DNA from: Macrostomum lignano
Lineage: Eukaryota
Reading direction: 5' to 3'
Length of the DNA stretch: 64,000 nucleotides
Assembly: GCA_002269645.1 (NCBI GenBank)
Contig: NIVC01000237.1
Location: 529,153-593,152, forward strand
Part shown: positions 1 to 14,210 of the stretch, in pieces
Layout: each line of letters opens with the position of its first letter
How positions within the stretch are numbered: the first letter of the stretch is position 1
The notes under the pieces: model-generated
Database searches by the model: none
Seen by the model: the letters and a program-made list of their open reading frames with translations, nothing else
Told to the model about the DNA's origin: nothing
Made by a program: the position numbers and the translations under genes

Positions 1-3000
1 TGTTTTTACAGTTTCAAGCCTTTTTAGTAGGACTTAGTTGTAACAGCTTGACCCCAGAATACCCCGACGAAAGACAAGGCCCTTGTACGTTGGCTGCTGC
101 TTTTTGTGCTCTCCGCAACCTCAGTTGACCCTGTCCCTGTCAAGCAGCAGCAGACACCTTGCTTTGGCAAAGTACAAGCCTAACCCTAACCTGTACTGTA
201 CCCGACTACCCGTGTCTACTAGTAGTCCATAATATATAGCCAATGGCTCGAAATTGAAAACTTACGAGCATACAAAAATTCAAATACCTTTTAATCGAAA
301 TTCCTTTTTATCGATCTATTCTTTCGATCAGTTCATTAACTTAATTTATTGCGTTTGGTTCCCACACCGGCGCAAGTTCACAAATTTATATAAAGGACTG
401 TGACTGTTATCTGCTAGGGCCCAAACTATCGACCCTGTATAAGTAGTAAATTACCTATGCCCAATCCACTAAATTAAAAGGTTGAATTAATTACTCCTTC
501 GTCGGGTTCTTCTAAACCCACGATTGCACTAAATTTCGTATTGGCTTTGCAAGCGTCGCCTCGTGTTTTTTTAGGGTCAGGTTGTGTGCGAGTTTTTTGC
601 GGTTACGTCCTACTCCAAACTTGTGGTCAAGCGACTCAAGCCTGGATAGCTTAATTAATGGGTCAAATATACGGGGTGGGGTCTAGCGTGACTGTGCTTG
701 CCGCCCCGGCCCAGTGATGTGATGTACATGAAATGGGGTGGTGTGGTTTGACTTGACCTCAGGCTGGCTATTGCCATCAACCCCCCTGCGTGAATTCTCC
801 AAATTAACCCCCGCCAAACCCTACCCCCGCAAGGCTGAAAACTGAAAAGGACAGACAGTCAGTGAGACGGCGCTAGCCAACATATAACGTTGGCGATGCG
901 GAAAGGAGGGGGGAGAGAGTGTGGAATTTTGGTTTAGCGTGTGGTTGTTAGATTTCTATTTATAGATTATGCGCCGCGCGACCCCAAAACACCCGCCACC
1001 CCAGCCCCTCCAATTTCCGCCGCCGCCACCCCCGCCGCCCTAGCCTTTGGGTCCGGTCGTATTTTTCAGGCTCCAATGCTGAGGGGCGGCAGCAATTGCA
1101 ATTGGAATGGGGCAGAGCGCAATGGTTGGAAACGTTCAAGAAGCATGGCGCGGTTTTCGATTGGAAGTTTTTGGAACTGCATTTCTCCTTTCACTAGGAA
1201 AGTACTTCTTAGTCTCGTCGAAGTTCAGGCTAGGGGTGAAAATGATTTTTTGACTTTCAAGATATTTTTGTTAGGAAAGAATGCGCCACTGCACGGTCAG
1301 TTCATTTTGATACGGACTTAGGGAGTGTGAAAGTGACAAAGAGAAAATAAGTTTTAATCTTACCAGAGCCATGGATTTTTTGGTGGGGGAGGGACAAGCC
1401 CAGAATTCTACATGTACAGTTGTACACTGTACATTATTTTCAGAATCATTGTTGTCTGCGCTCATTTGGCGTCGCAGGCACTCATTTTGGCGCCACAGGC
1501 GCTATATTTTGTCACCCTGAAGCAAAATTATTGATTTCCATAACGGGTCACAAGGTTGGGTGGGGGGGACAAAGCATTGGCATGAGCCATGATGTCCCAC
1601 CATAGCTTTTACTAAGGGGATGGGGAGACATGACCCCCTGCCCCCCCCCCCCTACCCACGTGCACGGGGCTGTGCGAGCAGTGTCCCTGGTCAGCTTATG
1701 AACTTTACACAGTATTGTATTTGAAAGTTTTTGCCCCCAAAACGGGGTTTATTTGTTATTTAGTTCTAAGAAATTGAATAAGAGATTTTACTACGGGCCA
1801 CTGCTGCTTCTGTCGTGTGCGCTGGTGCATTTTCCTGTGCACAGATTACGGATATCAGCTTTCTAAATCCGTGCACCCGAGCTTCGCTACACAAGACTCT
1901 CCTTGCTTTATCCGAGTACCTTTTTTGGCGCAGTTTGCGCCTCATCACAGCAAGCCAGATTTGAAGCCAGCCTGCAGAGCATTTTTAAACTTGCACTCTT
2001 CAAACCGGAATTGTTGGTCTGCTTTCGCTCAAAAGCAGGATCAGATCTATAGCTCTGCAGGGTTGTCTGGTTTCAGGTCGAAACTGCATGAGAAATGATG
2101 GCTGGTTGCAGTGGGTGAACTCTGTGAAAGCAAGCAGCATGACTGCATGCAGGCGCACGAACAGAAAGAACGCTGCTGCATGGGCCGAATTTCAGCTTGA
2201 ATTTCGCTACATTGCGGAAAGCCTGTCGGATCGTCACAGGTCTTGGGTGGCGTCACCAGGCCTGTCCTCGCATGTCGGTATTGGGCACACGCCAGTGTCA
2301 GCAGCATGCAGCATCTCCTGCATCGCCTGTCGGCAGTATGATTCAGTGTCCACCAGCTGGGAGCCCTACATGTACATTTGACTGCCCACGATTTAGATTA
2401 GGGTTAGGGTTGAGGTGTCAGGGTGTCCATATAGTCACCTGATGCCACCTGTTGAAGGTCCAGAAGCTCCGCCTGGATGCAGGCCAGTGACCAACGAAGT
2501 CAGAGCTGATGCAGACACATCCGGTCGACGTGCTGATGAAATTTGAAGGCTTTGCAAGGCTGCACTGAGGCGCTGTGCTGATTGGCGCACAGGGGTGTAC
2601 TGAATACACTATAGCGCCTGCAGTGACATTTGCCTGCAGTGACATTGAGTTTTTGAGTTTGACTCAAAGGTGTTAAGTGGTTTCAGTTAGACAACATAAA
2701 CGTAGACGGATAGCTCGCTTCACATTTTTTGCCGTAATATTTCATGGAATCAGCTTATAAAACCAGCAAATATCAAACTATCGCCGAATCACGCTTCTGA
2801 GCACATCCGCTCTACGAGCAGCTGTTAAGGGAAACCGGCAGACCTACAGAACCCGCTACAGAGCCTACAGAAAACCATGAAACTGGAGTACAAGTAGCGG
2901 CACACATTTGACTCCCTCCCACCCCACCCGCTGCTCTTGTGTGCAGCCAGAGTTCGAATTCCAGACTTGGGAACGCCTCTCACGGGCTCGCCATCATAGA

Positions 3001-3335
3001 CTGGAGAAGCCCCCAACCCCCAGCGCAGCATGCTGGACTGGCTCAGGCACTGCAGTGCTCTTTCGCACGGAAAAGCGAGAAATCTGTGTTTAGAGTGGCG
3101 GCGGCGGATGAGCGCTGCACTCTCCCCGTCGTCAGACTCTGCATCAATGCGTGGGTGAAGTGCCTGAAACACGTAGGCAGGGGAGAGGGCGACTCATGCT
3201 CCAGCCAGTATCCCGCAGCAGATAGGGACATAATTGCCATTCTGGTCGGAGCTGCACGTTTGATTTAACGGTGTGTAACAGGCCCAACTTCACAAGACAC
3301 CTAAACTTTAGAACTGTCCGTCACAACACCTAAGC

Positions 3336-5197
3336 ATCCCGAAAATGTAAACATCCCGACACCCTAAACATCCCGACACCCTAAACATCCCGACACCCCA
3401 AACATCCCGACACCTTAAACATCCCGAAACTCTAAACATCCTGACACTCTAAACATCCCGACACCCCAAACATCCTGACACTCTAAACATCCCGACACCC
3501 TAAACATCCCGACACCCTAAACATCCCGACACCCCAAACATCCTGACACTCTAATCATCCCGACACACCAAACATCCTGACACTCTAAACATCCCGACAC
3601 CCTAAACATCCTGACACCCTAAACATCCCGACACTCTAAACATCCTGACACTCTAAACATCACGACACCCTAAACATCCCGACACCCTAAACATCCTGAC
3701 ACTCTAATCATCCCGACACTCTAAACATCCTGACACTCTAAACATCCCGACACCCCAAACATCCTGACACTCTAAACATCCCGACACCCTAAACATCCTG
3801 ACACCCTAAACATCCCGACACCCCAAACATCCTGACACTCTAAACATCACGACACCCCAAACATCCTGACACTCTAAACATCCCGACACCCTAAACATCC
3901 CGACACCCTAAACATCCTGACACTCTAAACATCCCGACACCCAAACATCCCGACACCCTAAACATCCCGACACCCTAAACATCACGACACCCTAAACATC
4001 CCGACACTCAAAACATCCCGACACCCCAAACATCCTGACACTCTAAACATCCCGACACCCTAAACATCACGACACCCTAAACATCCCGACACTCTAAACA
4101 TCCCGACACCCCAAACATCCTGACACTCTAAACATCCCGACACCCTAAACATCCCGACACCCTAAACATCCTGAAACTCTAAACATCCCGACACCCTAAA
4201 CATCCTGACACTCTAAACATCCCGACACTCTAAACATCCTGACACTCTAAACATCCCGACACCCTAAACATCCTGACACCCTAAACATCCCGACACTCTA
4301 AACATCCTGACACTCTAAACATCCTGACACCCTAAACATCCCGACACCCTAAACATCCCGACAGCCCAAACATCCTGACACTCTAAACATCCCGACACCC
4401 TAAACATCCTGACACTCTAAACATCCCGACACCCTAAACATCCCGACACCCAAACATCCCGACACCCTAAACATCACGACACCCTAAACATCCCGACACT
4501 CAAAACATCCCGACACCCCAAACATCCTGACACTCTAAACATCCCGACACCCTAAACATCCTGACACCCTAAACATCCCGACACCCTAAACATCCCGACA
4601 CCCCAAACATCCTGACACCCTAAACATCCTGACACCCTAAACATCCCGACACTCTAAACATCCCGACACCCTAAATATCCCGACACCCTAAACATCCCGA
4701 CACCCCAAACATCCTGACACTCTAATCATCCCGACACCCCAAACATCCTGACACTCTAAACATCCCGACACCCTAAATATCCTGACACCCTAAACATCCT
4801 GACACCCTAAACATCCCGACACTCTAAACATCCCGACACCCTTAACATCCTGACACCCTAAACATCCCGACACCCTAAACATCCCGACACCCCAAACATC
4901 CTGACACCCTAAACATCCTGACACCCTAAACATCCCGACACTCTAAACATCCTGACACCCTAAATATCCCGACACCCTAAACATCCCGACACCCCAAACA
5001 TCCTGACACTCTAAACATCCCGACACTCTAAACATCCTGACACTCCAAACATCCTGACACCCTAAACATCCTGACACCCCAAACATCCTGACACCCTAAA
5101 CATCCTGACACCCTAAACATCCTGACACCCTAAACATCCCGACACTCTAAACATCCCGACAACCTAAAAATCCCGAAAATGTAAACATCCCGACACC
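3336..5197. repeat. Minisatellite, 17-bp unit (AAACATCCCGACACCCT), about 110 copies
   Basis: Periodicity is directly visible, with variants CCT/CCC and CTCT/CCCT. Both ends carry the same variant ATCCCGAAAATGTAAACATCCCGACACC. Confidence 0.97.
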
Positions 5198-6515
5198 TAG
5201 AACTTAAATACAGAAGAGAAAAAACTTTACAAGCAAAACTATCCAAGCACAAAATTTAGAATAAGCTACCCAGTGTAAAAGGAATCAAACCTCGAAATGT
5301 CTGCAACAGGTTCCTCATTAGGCAGTCATATGTTGAAGCGCTATTTAGATGGGGAATTTGGAATATAAACGGCTGAATAGTTAATAAATGCAGCAATCGA
5401 GATGCAAGCAAATTGCAAAAGCAAATGCAAAGAAGCAGGTGTCAAACTCGCGAAAGTTCAGCCATTACGCCCACACGAGCTAGAAAGAAGATATTTATGC
5501 AATGCATACTGTGGTCACTGCTACAGCAATTATTGACCTTTGACAGGCCAGCCACCGCCCCCGCGACTCTGATAAATTGCCAGTTAAAATTGCAGAGGCT
5601 TAAGAATGGCCATAAATAGGCAGCCGAACCAGCAGTTTATCAGACGAAGCGTTCAAAGCGCCTTAGTTTGTAAACTTCCTGTTTAAAGTGAAAAGTGAAA
5701 TTTCCCACTCAGCCAGCTTGCTTAGCTCGGTTTACTAACGAATGCGGACTGCAGCCGCTAATGGAGTCATCCGGGGCGACCTAAGAAGCGTTTCTTAGAA
5801 ACAAGGCTGGAAAGCCGGAAATTCTAAGAAAAGTTACACTGCAGTTAAACTATTAGCTCTCTAGCTAAATTTTGCAAAACTATATTTATTCGGTTCACAT
5901 ACAAACTATGCTACTAAAAGATCCACGCTAGTAGAACTGTGCGCAAATGAATTCGAATTTTCAGAAACAAAAGTGTATTTGATTAGCAAAAAATGATGCA
6001 TCCTGAATTTTCGATTATTCATAAGTCCGTATTGAAATTTTATTCATTCGAGCATGATTCAGCCAGTTTTAGTGATGTAATTCGGCCTAGCAACCAATGG
6101 ACGAGAGCGTCATAATGCGGCATAATTGAAGATGCGTTTGGGGTTTGTGATGCATGACTTGCAATGGTGTGTAGCTATTGTTAATATTGCAGTACAACAA
6201 TATAAAGGCGATATTCAAGAACTTTGCCGATCAAGCTACTAACAGTGGTATGATTGGGACACACGATGGCGAACTGCCGAAACCGACTACTTAAAAAATA
6301 AAAGGAAAATAACTCATGCGTAAAAAACCAACCTCGAAACCTATGGACACGAGGACTTAAACTCGGGGGTAAACCGTATTTATGAAATTGGCGAAAAAAT
6401 GATATACATCATGCAGACCAAAAAGGGAAGAGAATGTTTATCAGAGCAAAAACAAGATTAAGACAAAAACATTTGAGAGTTTGAGTTGGTGGAACCAGTT
6501 CTGACAGCGGACAGC

Positions 6516-9500
6516 TCAGAACTCCATAGTGACCGTCTTTGTCTTCAGGTACTCGTTGAGAGCCTCCTCACCTGAAATATCGGTTAATTGTGCCTTGTAG
6601 TCCCTAGAACTGTCCCTGAAGAAATCTTAACGACGTGTCCTTAAACGACTCCACAGAGAGCCGTGCCCTGAAGTGACCCCGCAAGCGTACTTTTAAGTGA
6701 CCCGTCAAAACGCTGTGAAAGAGAGCCCCTAATGATATGTACTTAGTGCTGAGCTGTGAAAACACGCTGCATTGTATCGACGTATCCTTAAATGACCTTA
6801 GAGAACCGTGACCTCAAATGACCCCACCGATATGTACTACAGTGAACTGTCAAGACTAACCGAGATCCTTGCCGAAGCCGGACTGCTTGAAGCCGCCGAA
6901 GGGCGCGGCCACGTCAGTTTTATTGTAGGTGTTCACGAACACGGTGCCGGCGTGGATCCGCTCGGAGACGCGCAGCGCCTTGTAGATGTCGCGGGTGAAC
7001 ACGCCGGAGGCCAAGCCGTACTCCGTGGCGTTGGCGCGGCTCAGCACTCCGTCTATATCGCCGTCGGGAAAGTCGGAGATGATCATCACGGGCCCAAAGC
7101 TCTCCTCCTGGGCGATGTGCATGTGGTCCTGCACCCCGGTGAACAGCGTCGGCTCCATGAAGAAGCCGCGCAGGCCGGCCACCCGGCGGCCGCCGCAGAC
7201 CAGCTTGGCGCCTTCGGAGACGCCGCGCTGGCAGTATTCCAACAGCTTGTCCAGGTGCGCCCGGTGGTTTTGCGGCCCGTGGTCGGTGGCCCGGTCCAGA
7301 GGATCGCCGATGCGCATCTTCGCGATCTGACGGGAGCAATCAGGCCGGGGTTCGCCATCGGTCTCTCATATTTCATATTTCCTTTAACATATTTACTTTA
7401 ACTGGAACAATTTCAATCCTAATCTACTTCTTCGTGCAAGCCCTCTGTAGTCACCCTCTTCCCCCTCTGTAGTGACCCTCTTCTCCCTCTGTAGTAACCC
7501 TCTTCTCCCTCTGTAGTGACCCTCTTCCCCCTCTGTAAGTGACCCTCTTCCCCCTCTGTAAGTGACCCTCTTCCCCCTCTGTAGTCACCCTCTTCCCCCT
7601 CTGTAGTGACCCTCTTCCCCCTCTGTAGTGACCCTCTTCCCCCTCTGTAAGTGACCCTCTTCCCCCTCTGTAAGTGACCCTCTTCCCCCTCTGTAGTGAC
7701 CCTCTTCCCCCTCTGTAGTGACCCTCTTCCCCCTCTGTAGTGACCCTCTTCTCCCTCTGTAGTAACCCTCTTCTCCCTCTGTAGTAACCCTCTTCCCCCT
7801 CTGTAGTCACCCTCTTCCCCCTCTGTAGTAACCCTCTTCTCCCTCTGTAGTGACCCTCTTCCCCCTCTGTAGTCACCCTCTTCCCCCTCTGTAGTCACCC
7901 TCTTCCCCCTCTGTAGTAACCCTCTTCTCCCTCTGTAGTAACCCTCTTCCCCCTCTGTAGTAACCCTCTTCCCCCTCTGTAGTAACCCTCTTCCCCCTCT
8001 GTAGTCACCCTCTTCCCCCTCTGTAGTAACCCTCTTCTCCCTCTGTAGTAACCCTCTTCTCCCTCTGTAGTAACCCTCTTCCCCCTCTGTAGTAACCCTC
8101 TTCCCCCTCTGTAGTCACCCTCTTCCCCCTCTGTAGTAACCCTCTTCCCCCTCTGTAGTCACCCTCTTCCCCCTCTGTAGTAACCCTCTTCCCCCTCTGT
8201 AGTGACCCTCTCCCCCCTCTGTAGCTACCCTCTTCTACCTTTGTAGTAACCCTGCTCTCCATCTGTAGTCATCATCTTCTCACTCTCTTCTCTTTGTCTC
8301 TTGTACCCCCACCCAAGCCTGCCCACCAGCCTCTATTCCGCCCCAGCAACGCAGGCAGTTCTGGTCAGTCCAAACCCACCTCAACCTTGACGGCCTCCAC
8401 AAAGCGGTCGTGAATTGACGCCTCCACAAACAGACGACCGGCCGCAATGCAATTCTCGCCCTTATTAAAGAACACCCCGTTACAGGCCATTTTGACTGCT
8501 TTGGAAAATTCGCAGTCCGCAAAGACAATCAGGGGACTCTTGCCGCCCAGTTCCAGGCTGCACTTTTTCAAGTTGGCGCTGCAGGCAGCCATAATGGTGC
8601 GGCCGACCGGAGTTGAACCCGTGAAGCCCAGCTTGCGCACCTCCGGGTGCTCGGCAATCGACTGGCCAACCGCGGCGCCGGGGCCGGGCAGGACGTTCAC
8701 CACGCCGGGCGGGAACCCGGCCCGGGCGACCAGCTCGCAGAACTTCAAAGACGTCAGCGGCGTCACCTGAGCCGGTTTGAGAATCTAGGAACAAAAACAG
8801 TGAATTTTTGACGCGGTGACACAAATATTCTCGACTTGCCTGCTTTAAGTAGCGTCGACAAGCCAAAACATAAATTAGAAATGATAGAAAATCTTACCAC
8901 AGTGTTGCCGGCAGCCAGACAGGCGGACATTTTCCAGGCCAGCATCATCAGCGGGTAATTCCAGGGCGTGACGATGCCGCATACCCCGATGGGCTCCCGG
9001 ATGGTGAGGGTCAGATTGCGGTTCGGCCTGGCGTGGTTAATCGGGATTGTCTGGCCGTGGATTTTATCGCACCAGCCGGCGAAGTAGCGGAACGAATCGA
9101 TCGACATGCCAATGTGAGTCTTCAAGGCCAGGGTGTACACCGCGCCGGAGTCCAGGCTCTCGATTGTGGCCAGCTCCTCCTTGTGGGCTTCCATCAGGTC
9201 GGCTAGGCGGAACATCAGACGGCTGCGGTCGCGCGCGTTCATGCGGCCCCACTCGCCGGAGTGGAAGGCCGCGGAGGCAGCGGCCACGGCGGCATCAACG
9301 TCGGCCTTGCCGCAGTAGGCGACTTCGCAGATCACCTGTTGGCAGGGTGGGATGATGCTATATGCCTTTGCTGCTTCAAGGTGTTTACTCGAAGATCTGG
9401 GAGGCTGGTGAGTACAGTCTGAAGATCTGGGAGGCTGGTGGGTACTGCCTGAAGATCTGGGAGGCTGGTGGGTACTGCCTGAAGATCTGGAAGGCTGGTG

Positions 9501-12500
9501 GGTACAGCCTGAAGATCTGGGAGGCTGGTGGGTACTGCCTGAAGATCTGGGAGGCTGGTGGGTACAGCCTGAGGGTCTGGGAGGCTGGTGGGTACAGCCT
9601 GAAGATCTGGCAGGCTGCAGTGTCGAGCACTCACCTCCTCGGTGAACGGGTTAACAGTGGGGCTGGTCTTGCCGCTGGCAGCATCCACGAATCGGTTGTT
9701 GATGAAGGCCTGGCGCGGGAAGGCCACCTCCATGCCGTTGGCCTGCAGGCGCACCGCGTCGTACTGGAAGCTGCCGGCACCGTCGGCCCCGGCCCGGCTA
9801 CGTTGAACAACCAGCGCGAACAGCTCGCCCAGCGTGGTTGCCATGTAAACCTCCTCGTTGCTAAGCGACACTTGAATCGAATTTTTTATCTCTTCAACCA
9901 GACGAGTGACGTCCATGGAGCCGGCGCCAGCTTTGAAAAAGTCCAGATCGTCGGGCAAGTCGCCCTCCCTGGCCAGGATGCCTCGCCAGATGCGCTGCAG
10001 CTCCGGCTTCATCGCCGACTCCGCGTCAGTCAAGTTGGACACTCCAGCCGCGGCCTGTGGGTTTAAAGGCAAATTCAGGCTCGAGTGTACATTGGTCGGG
10101 GACGAGATTTAAAGTTCAATTGTACATTGGCTGGGGACGAGATTTAAAGTTCAAATGTACATTGGCTGGGGACGAGATTTAAAGTTCAATTGTACATTGC
10201 TGGAGACGAGATTTCAATTTCAATTGTAGATTGGCTGGAGACGAGATTTAAAGTTCAATTGTACATTGGCTGGGGACGAGATTTAAAGTTCAATTGTACA
10301 TTGCTGGAGACGAGATTTCAATTTCAATTGTAGATTGGCTGGAGACGAGATTTAAAGTTCAATTGTACATTGGCTGGGGACGAGATTTAAAGTTCAAATG
10401 TACATTGGCTGGGGACGAGATTTAAAGTTCAAATGTACATTGGCTGGAGACGAGATTTCAAGTTTAATTGTACATTGGCTGGTGACGAGATTTCAATTCA
10501 AATGTATATTGGCTGGGGACGAGATTTCAAGTTCAAATGTACATTGGCTGGAGACGAGATTTCAAGTTTAATTGTACATTGGCTGGGGACTAGATTTCAA
10601 GTTCAAATGTAAATTGGCCGCGGACGAGCACGAGACAGCTGATTTAAATTTAGATTGACTAATAAGTACGAGATACTGGATTGTAGTGTGCACTGAAATA
10701 GACATTCATCGCCTACCTGGTCGGGCGACAGCCCCAGCTGCTTGGCCGGCACAGTTTTGCCGGACGCTTCCAGTCGGGCTGTCGCCACGCTGACGCAGTT
10801 GCCATCGAGGCCAAATAGCAGCAGGCCGTCCGAGTGCGTCAGCGGCGGCTTGCGGCCACCGTCGGCGTAGCCTTCAATCAGCAGATCCTGGCCGGGGTTG
10901 GGCGCAGCGGCGGCGGGCAGCTGGCCGGCGGGGACCAGGCGGCTGCCGAACAGGCTGACCCGCTCGCCGTTCACCAGGGCCCAGGCTCCGGGCACTCGGT
11001 CGCAGCCGCGGATGAAGTTGTGCAGCTGGACGGCGGTGGCGCCGGTGGTGGCCCAGTCGATTTTCGCCAGCTCCGCTGTCATCTTGGGGTCGTAGGTGGC
11101 GCCCTCGGCTGGCTGCACGAGCTTGGGGGCCGAGCCGGCCGCGATCTGGTCCACGGCCTCGCCCTGCCGAATTTGATGGGGAGCAGGCGCTACTGGAGAT
11201 GTGGGATCATGGGAGTTTGGGACTCTATAGTTCTGGGAGTTTAGGATTTCTAGTTCTGGGAGGTTGGGATTTCTAGTTCTGGGAGTTGGGATTCTAGTTC
11301 TGGGGGGTCTAGGGCTCAGAATTTGGGGGATAGGGATTTAGGAGTTAAATACTAAGGATTTAGGGAGTTATTACCTAGACATGTTGCAAAAGGCTTCTCC
11401 AGAAACCAAAAATCTCAATAAGCAATAAATTAGTAGACCCATATTTAATAAGACTTTGAAGACTTTTAAGAATAAATAATAAAAGAATGACAAATTAATT
11501 TTTTTTCATATAATAATTCCAGCACTCAACTTCGAGCTAGATTACCGCCTCTCTATCTTATCTACAATATCTCTCGCTAAGAAGGGGGTGTGGCCACTCC
11601 AGAGCGTGCGGTAACAGGCAGGGCAGCTAGCCGAGATCACGTGACCCGGCCAGCCGGCTTCGCTTGACCAACTATCTAGAACCCAATAGAAAAGCGCACA
11701 CAGCGGTTCTAAACTGCGTTAAACACGGCGAGCAACCAAAAAACAAAACCAGTTGAAACCGGTTGGTTCCATTTCAGCCGGTTCAGTCATTCTGGCTGCC
11801 ACGCGCCGCAAACAACTCTGACCCCGCAGCCACGCAAGTAGCTATGGAGCTGTCCAATTGGCGAAATCCACTGATAACTTTTTGGTTCTGTTATTACAAC
11901 TGTATCAGCCCCAGATTAACCAGTTTTCTTATAACTAGTTTGCAGTCTGGTAATAGATTGGAGAAAATTCTCAGTTCACCCGAACTTATTATTACAAGCA
12001 GACGCTATTCAAAGTACAATATTGAGAAAATTCTATACGACAATAAGGACACTTTGTACTTGAAAATTATTGGACAAAGTTTGGCGGATAAACTACAACT
12101 CCGAAAAGCACCTTTTCATCATAAGATTGAAATATCATAATCTCACAATAATAATAATAGATTACACCTTGCCCAAATGGGCAGGGGACTGCTGAAGACT
12201 GTGTACGGCTGTTCAGTCCAAGGACTGGGGGGAGGGGGTCGCCAAACACCCTCAGTTACCTCAGCACCCATTTTACAGCTCGGTGAACTGAAGCTTACAC
12301 AAATTGTTCCGAGAATCAAATCGGGTTTGTGATATTTCGGGTTAATTGATATTTCGGGTGAATTGATATTTTGGAGTTCGGGTTTGTGATATTTCTGGCT
12401 TGTGATATTTCAGGTTTGTGATATTTCTGGCTTGTGATATTTCGGGTTTGTGATATTTCGGGTTTGTGATATTTCGGGTTTGTGATATTTCGGGTTTGTG

Positions 12501-14210
12501 ATATTTCAGGTTTGTGATATTTCTGGCTTGTGATATTTCGGGTTTGTGATATTTCTGGCTTGTGATATTTCGGGTTTGTGATATTTCGGGTTTGTGATAT
12601 TTCGGGTTTGTGATATTTCGGGTTTGTGATATTTCAAGTTTGTGATATTTCGGGTTTGTGATATTTCAGGTTTGTGATATTTCTGGTTCGTGATATTTCA
12701 GGTTTTGTGATATTTCGGGTTTGCGACATTTCGGGTTTTGTAATATTTCAGGTTTATGATATTTCGGGTTTGCGACATTTCGGGTTTTGTGATATTTCAG
12801 GTTTTATGATATTTCGGGTTTTGTGATTTTTCTGCATGGTTTGTGATTTTACGGGTTTACGATGCCCCCCCCCACCCACACCACAGACCGACCGGCTCAC
12901 CATAGCCTTGACGCCCTCAGGGAAGAGGAAGCGCTTGTACAGCGAGTTAAGCGTGTCCTCCGGCTCGATCTTCACCTCCCTGGTCAGTAGCACGGGCCCC
13001 GTGTCTAGGCCGTCATCCGCCCAGAATATGCTGAACCCGCCGATTTTATCGCCATGGATTAGCGTCCTGTGTGCGGTTGCCAAGATGATCATGAGATGCC
13101 CCCCAAAATCAATTCAAATTGTGAGCTGCTGGACGCCTTACCAGTTGATAGCGGAGGCCCCTCTATGCCTTGGCAGTATGGACGGGTGGTAAACAATGCT
13201 CTGGTGCTTTGGGTAATTGATTATCTCCATGGGGATGAACTGGGAGCAGAACGGCAGAACATTCAGCTCGGCGCCAAGGGATTTGTACTCTTCGAATATC
13301 TCCGGGATCACCTGTGTGCGGAAATATGACCAATAATTATGCGAGTATTAATTAATAGTACAACAATTACTGTGAAAATTAACAATTGACAAGAAACATG
13401 ATGAAGGGCTTGAAACTTCAATGGGTTTTATAATTCTCACACCCCATGAGATTCTTCACGTTCTCACACCCCATGAGATTCTTCACGTTCTCACACCCCA
13501 TGAGATTCTTCACGTTCTCACACCACATCATATTCTTCATGTTCTCACACCCCATGAGATTCTTCACGTTCTCACACCCCATGAGATTCTTCACGTTCTC
13601 GTACCCAATGAGATTCTTCACGTTCTCACACCCAATGAGATTCTTCACGTTCTTACACCCAATGAGATTCTTCGCGTTCTCACACCCCATGAGATTCTTC
13701 ACGTTCTCACACCCCATGAGATTCTTCACGTTCTCACACCCCATGAGATTCTTCGCGTTCTCACACCCCATGAGATTCTTCGCGTTCTCACACACCATGA
13801 GATTCTTCGCGTTCTCACACCCCATGAAATTCTTCACTTTCATGACACACCCCTAAAACTCCCAGCCAACCTGACGCCATAGCGACGGCTATCTGACATC
13901 TCCCACAAATCTCAAACCTGGTTTTTGACTCGCCAGCGGGCATATTTGAACACGGGCACATTTGCAGCGGCGGCGGCTTGAGCTGCGAAGAAATTTGTTA
14001 CCATCACAACGAAAATGGTTATAAAAGGTCATCGCTTGGTCAAACACACAACTACAAACTTTTATACCAATATTGGAACTCACCAAGAATATCTTCTTTT
14101 CCACCTTTATCAGGAATAGTGAACACCCCAACAATGTCATAGCCTTTTGACTGCAATAGTTTGAACACTTCAGCACCAAAGGCACTCTGTCCAATGATTG
14201 CAATCTTCAT
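6516..14210 (-). CDS. ALDH1L: 10-formyltetrahydrofolate dehydrogenase (ALDH1L1/ALDH1L2 orthologue), 10 coding exons, about 919 aa
   Basis: Exons (minus): 14084-14210, 13918-13982, 13142-13311, 12901-13066, 10717-11163, 9635-10054, 8898-9335, 8380-8784, 6861-7326, 6516-6571. All are GT-AG and phase-compatible, 2760 nt in total. Motifs: [25 protein letters not shown] and WADDGLDTG (formyltransferase/hydrolase domain); [10 protein letters not shown] (carrier-protein Ser); [20 protein letters not shown] and EESFGP (ALDH domain); C-terminus [12 protein letters not shown]. Confidence 0.97.
7440..8270. repeat. Intronic minisatellite, 22-bp unit (GTAGTCACCCTCTTCCCCCTCT)
   Basis: Visible tandem periodicity in the ALDH1L intron 7327-8379. 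Source of the TTEGEEG pseudo-ORFs. Confidence 0.95.
9390..9612. repeat. Intronic minisatellite, 30-bp unit (GAAGATCTGGGAGGCTGGTGGGTACTGCCT)
   Basis: About 7 copies in the ALDH1L intron 9336-9634. Confidence 0.95.
10085..10615. repeat. Intronic minisatellite, 35-bp unit (TGTACATTGGCTGGGGACGAGATTTAAAGTTCAAT)
   Basis: About 15 copies in the ALDH1L intron 10055-10716. Confidence 0.95.
12325..12850. repeat. Intronic minisatellite, 16-bp unit (TTTGTGATATTTCGGG)
   Basis: Visible periodicity that degenerates at both edges, in the ALDH1L intron 11164-12900. Confidence 0.95.
13425..13850. repeat. Intronic minisatellite, 27-bp unit (CTCACACCCCATGAGATTCTTCACGTT)
   Basis: About 16 copies. Source of the 9-aa periodic pseudo-ORFs (ENVKNLMGC). 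Confidence 0.95.

Noticed and set aside
180-2420. TAACCCTAACC at about 181 and TTAGGGTTAGGG at about 2398 as telomere relics or inverted element ends
   Set aside because: Only about two repeat units each, the flanks do not form convincing TIRs, and the intervening ORFs have no recognisable motifs.
3336-5197. CRISPR-like array
   Set aside because: There are no unique spacers, the units are contiguous, the context is eukaryotic and there are no cas genes. The same applies to all other arrays.
6808-7401. Plus-strand 197-aa ORF and similar antisense ORFs over ALDH1L, TTC12 and CCT4 exons
   Set aside because: These are shadow ORFs of GC-rich coding exons on the opposite strand.
9336-9634. ([10 protein letters not shown])n insertion in ALDH1L
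   Set aside because: It lies between a canonical donor and acceptor, and removing it restores the continuous ALDH sequence.
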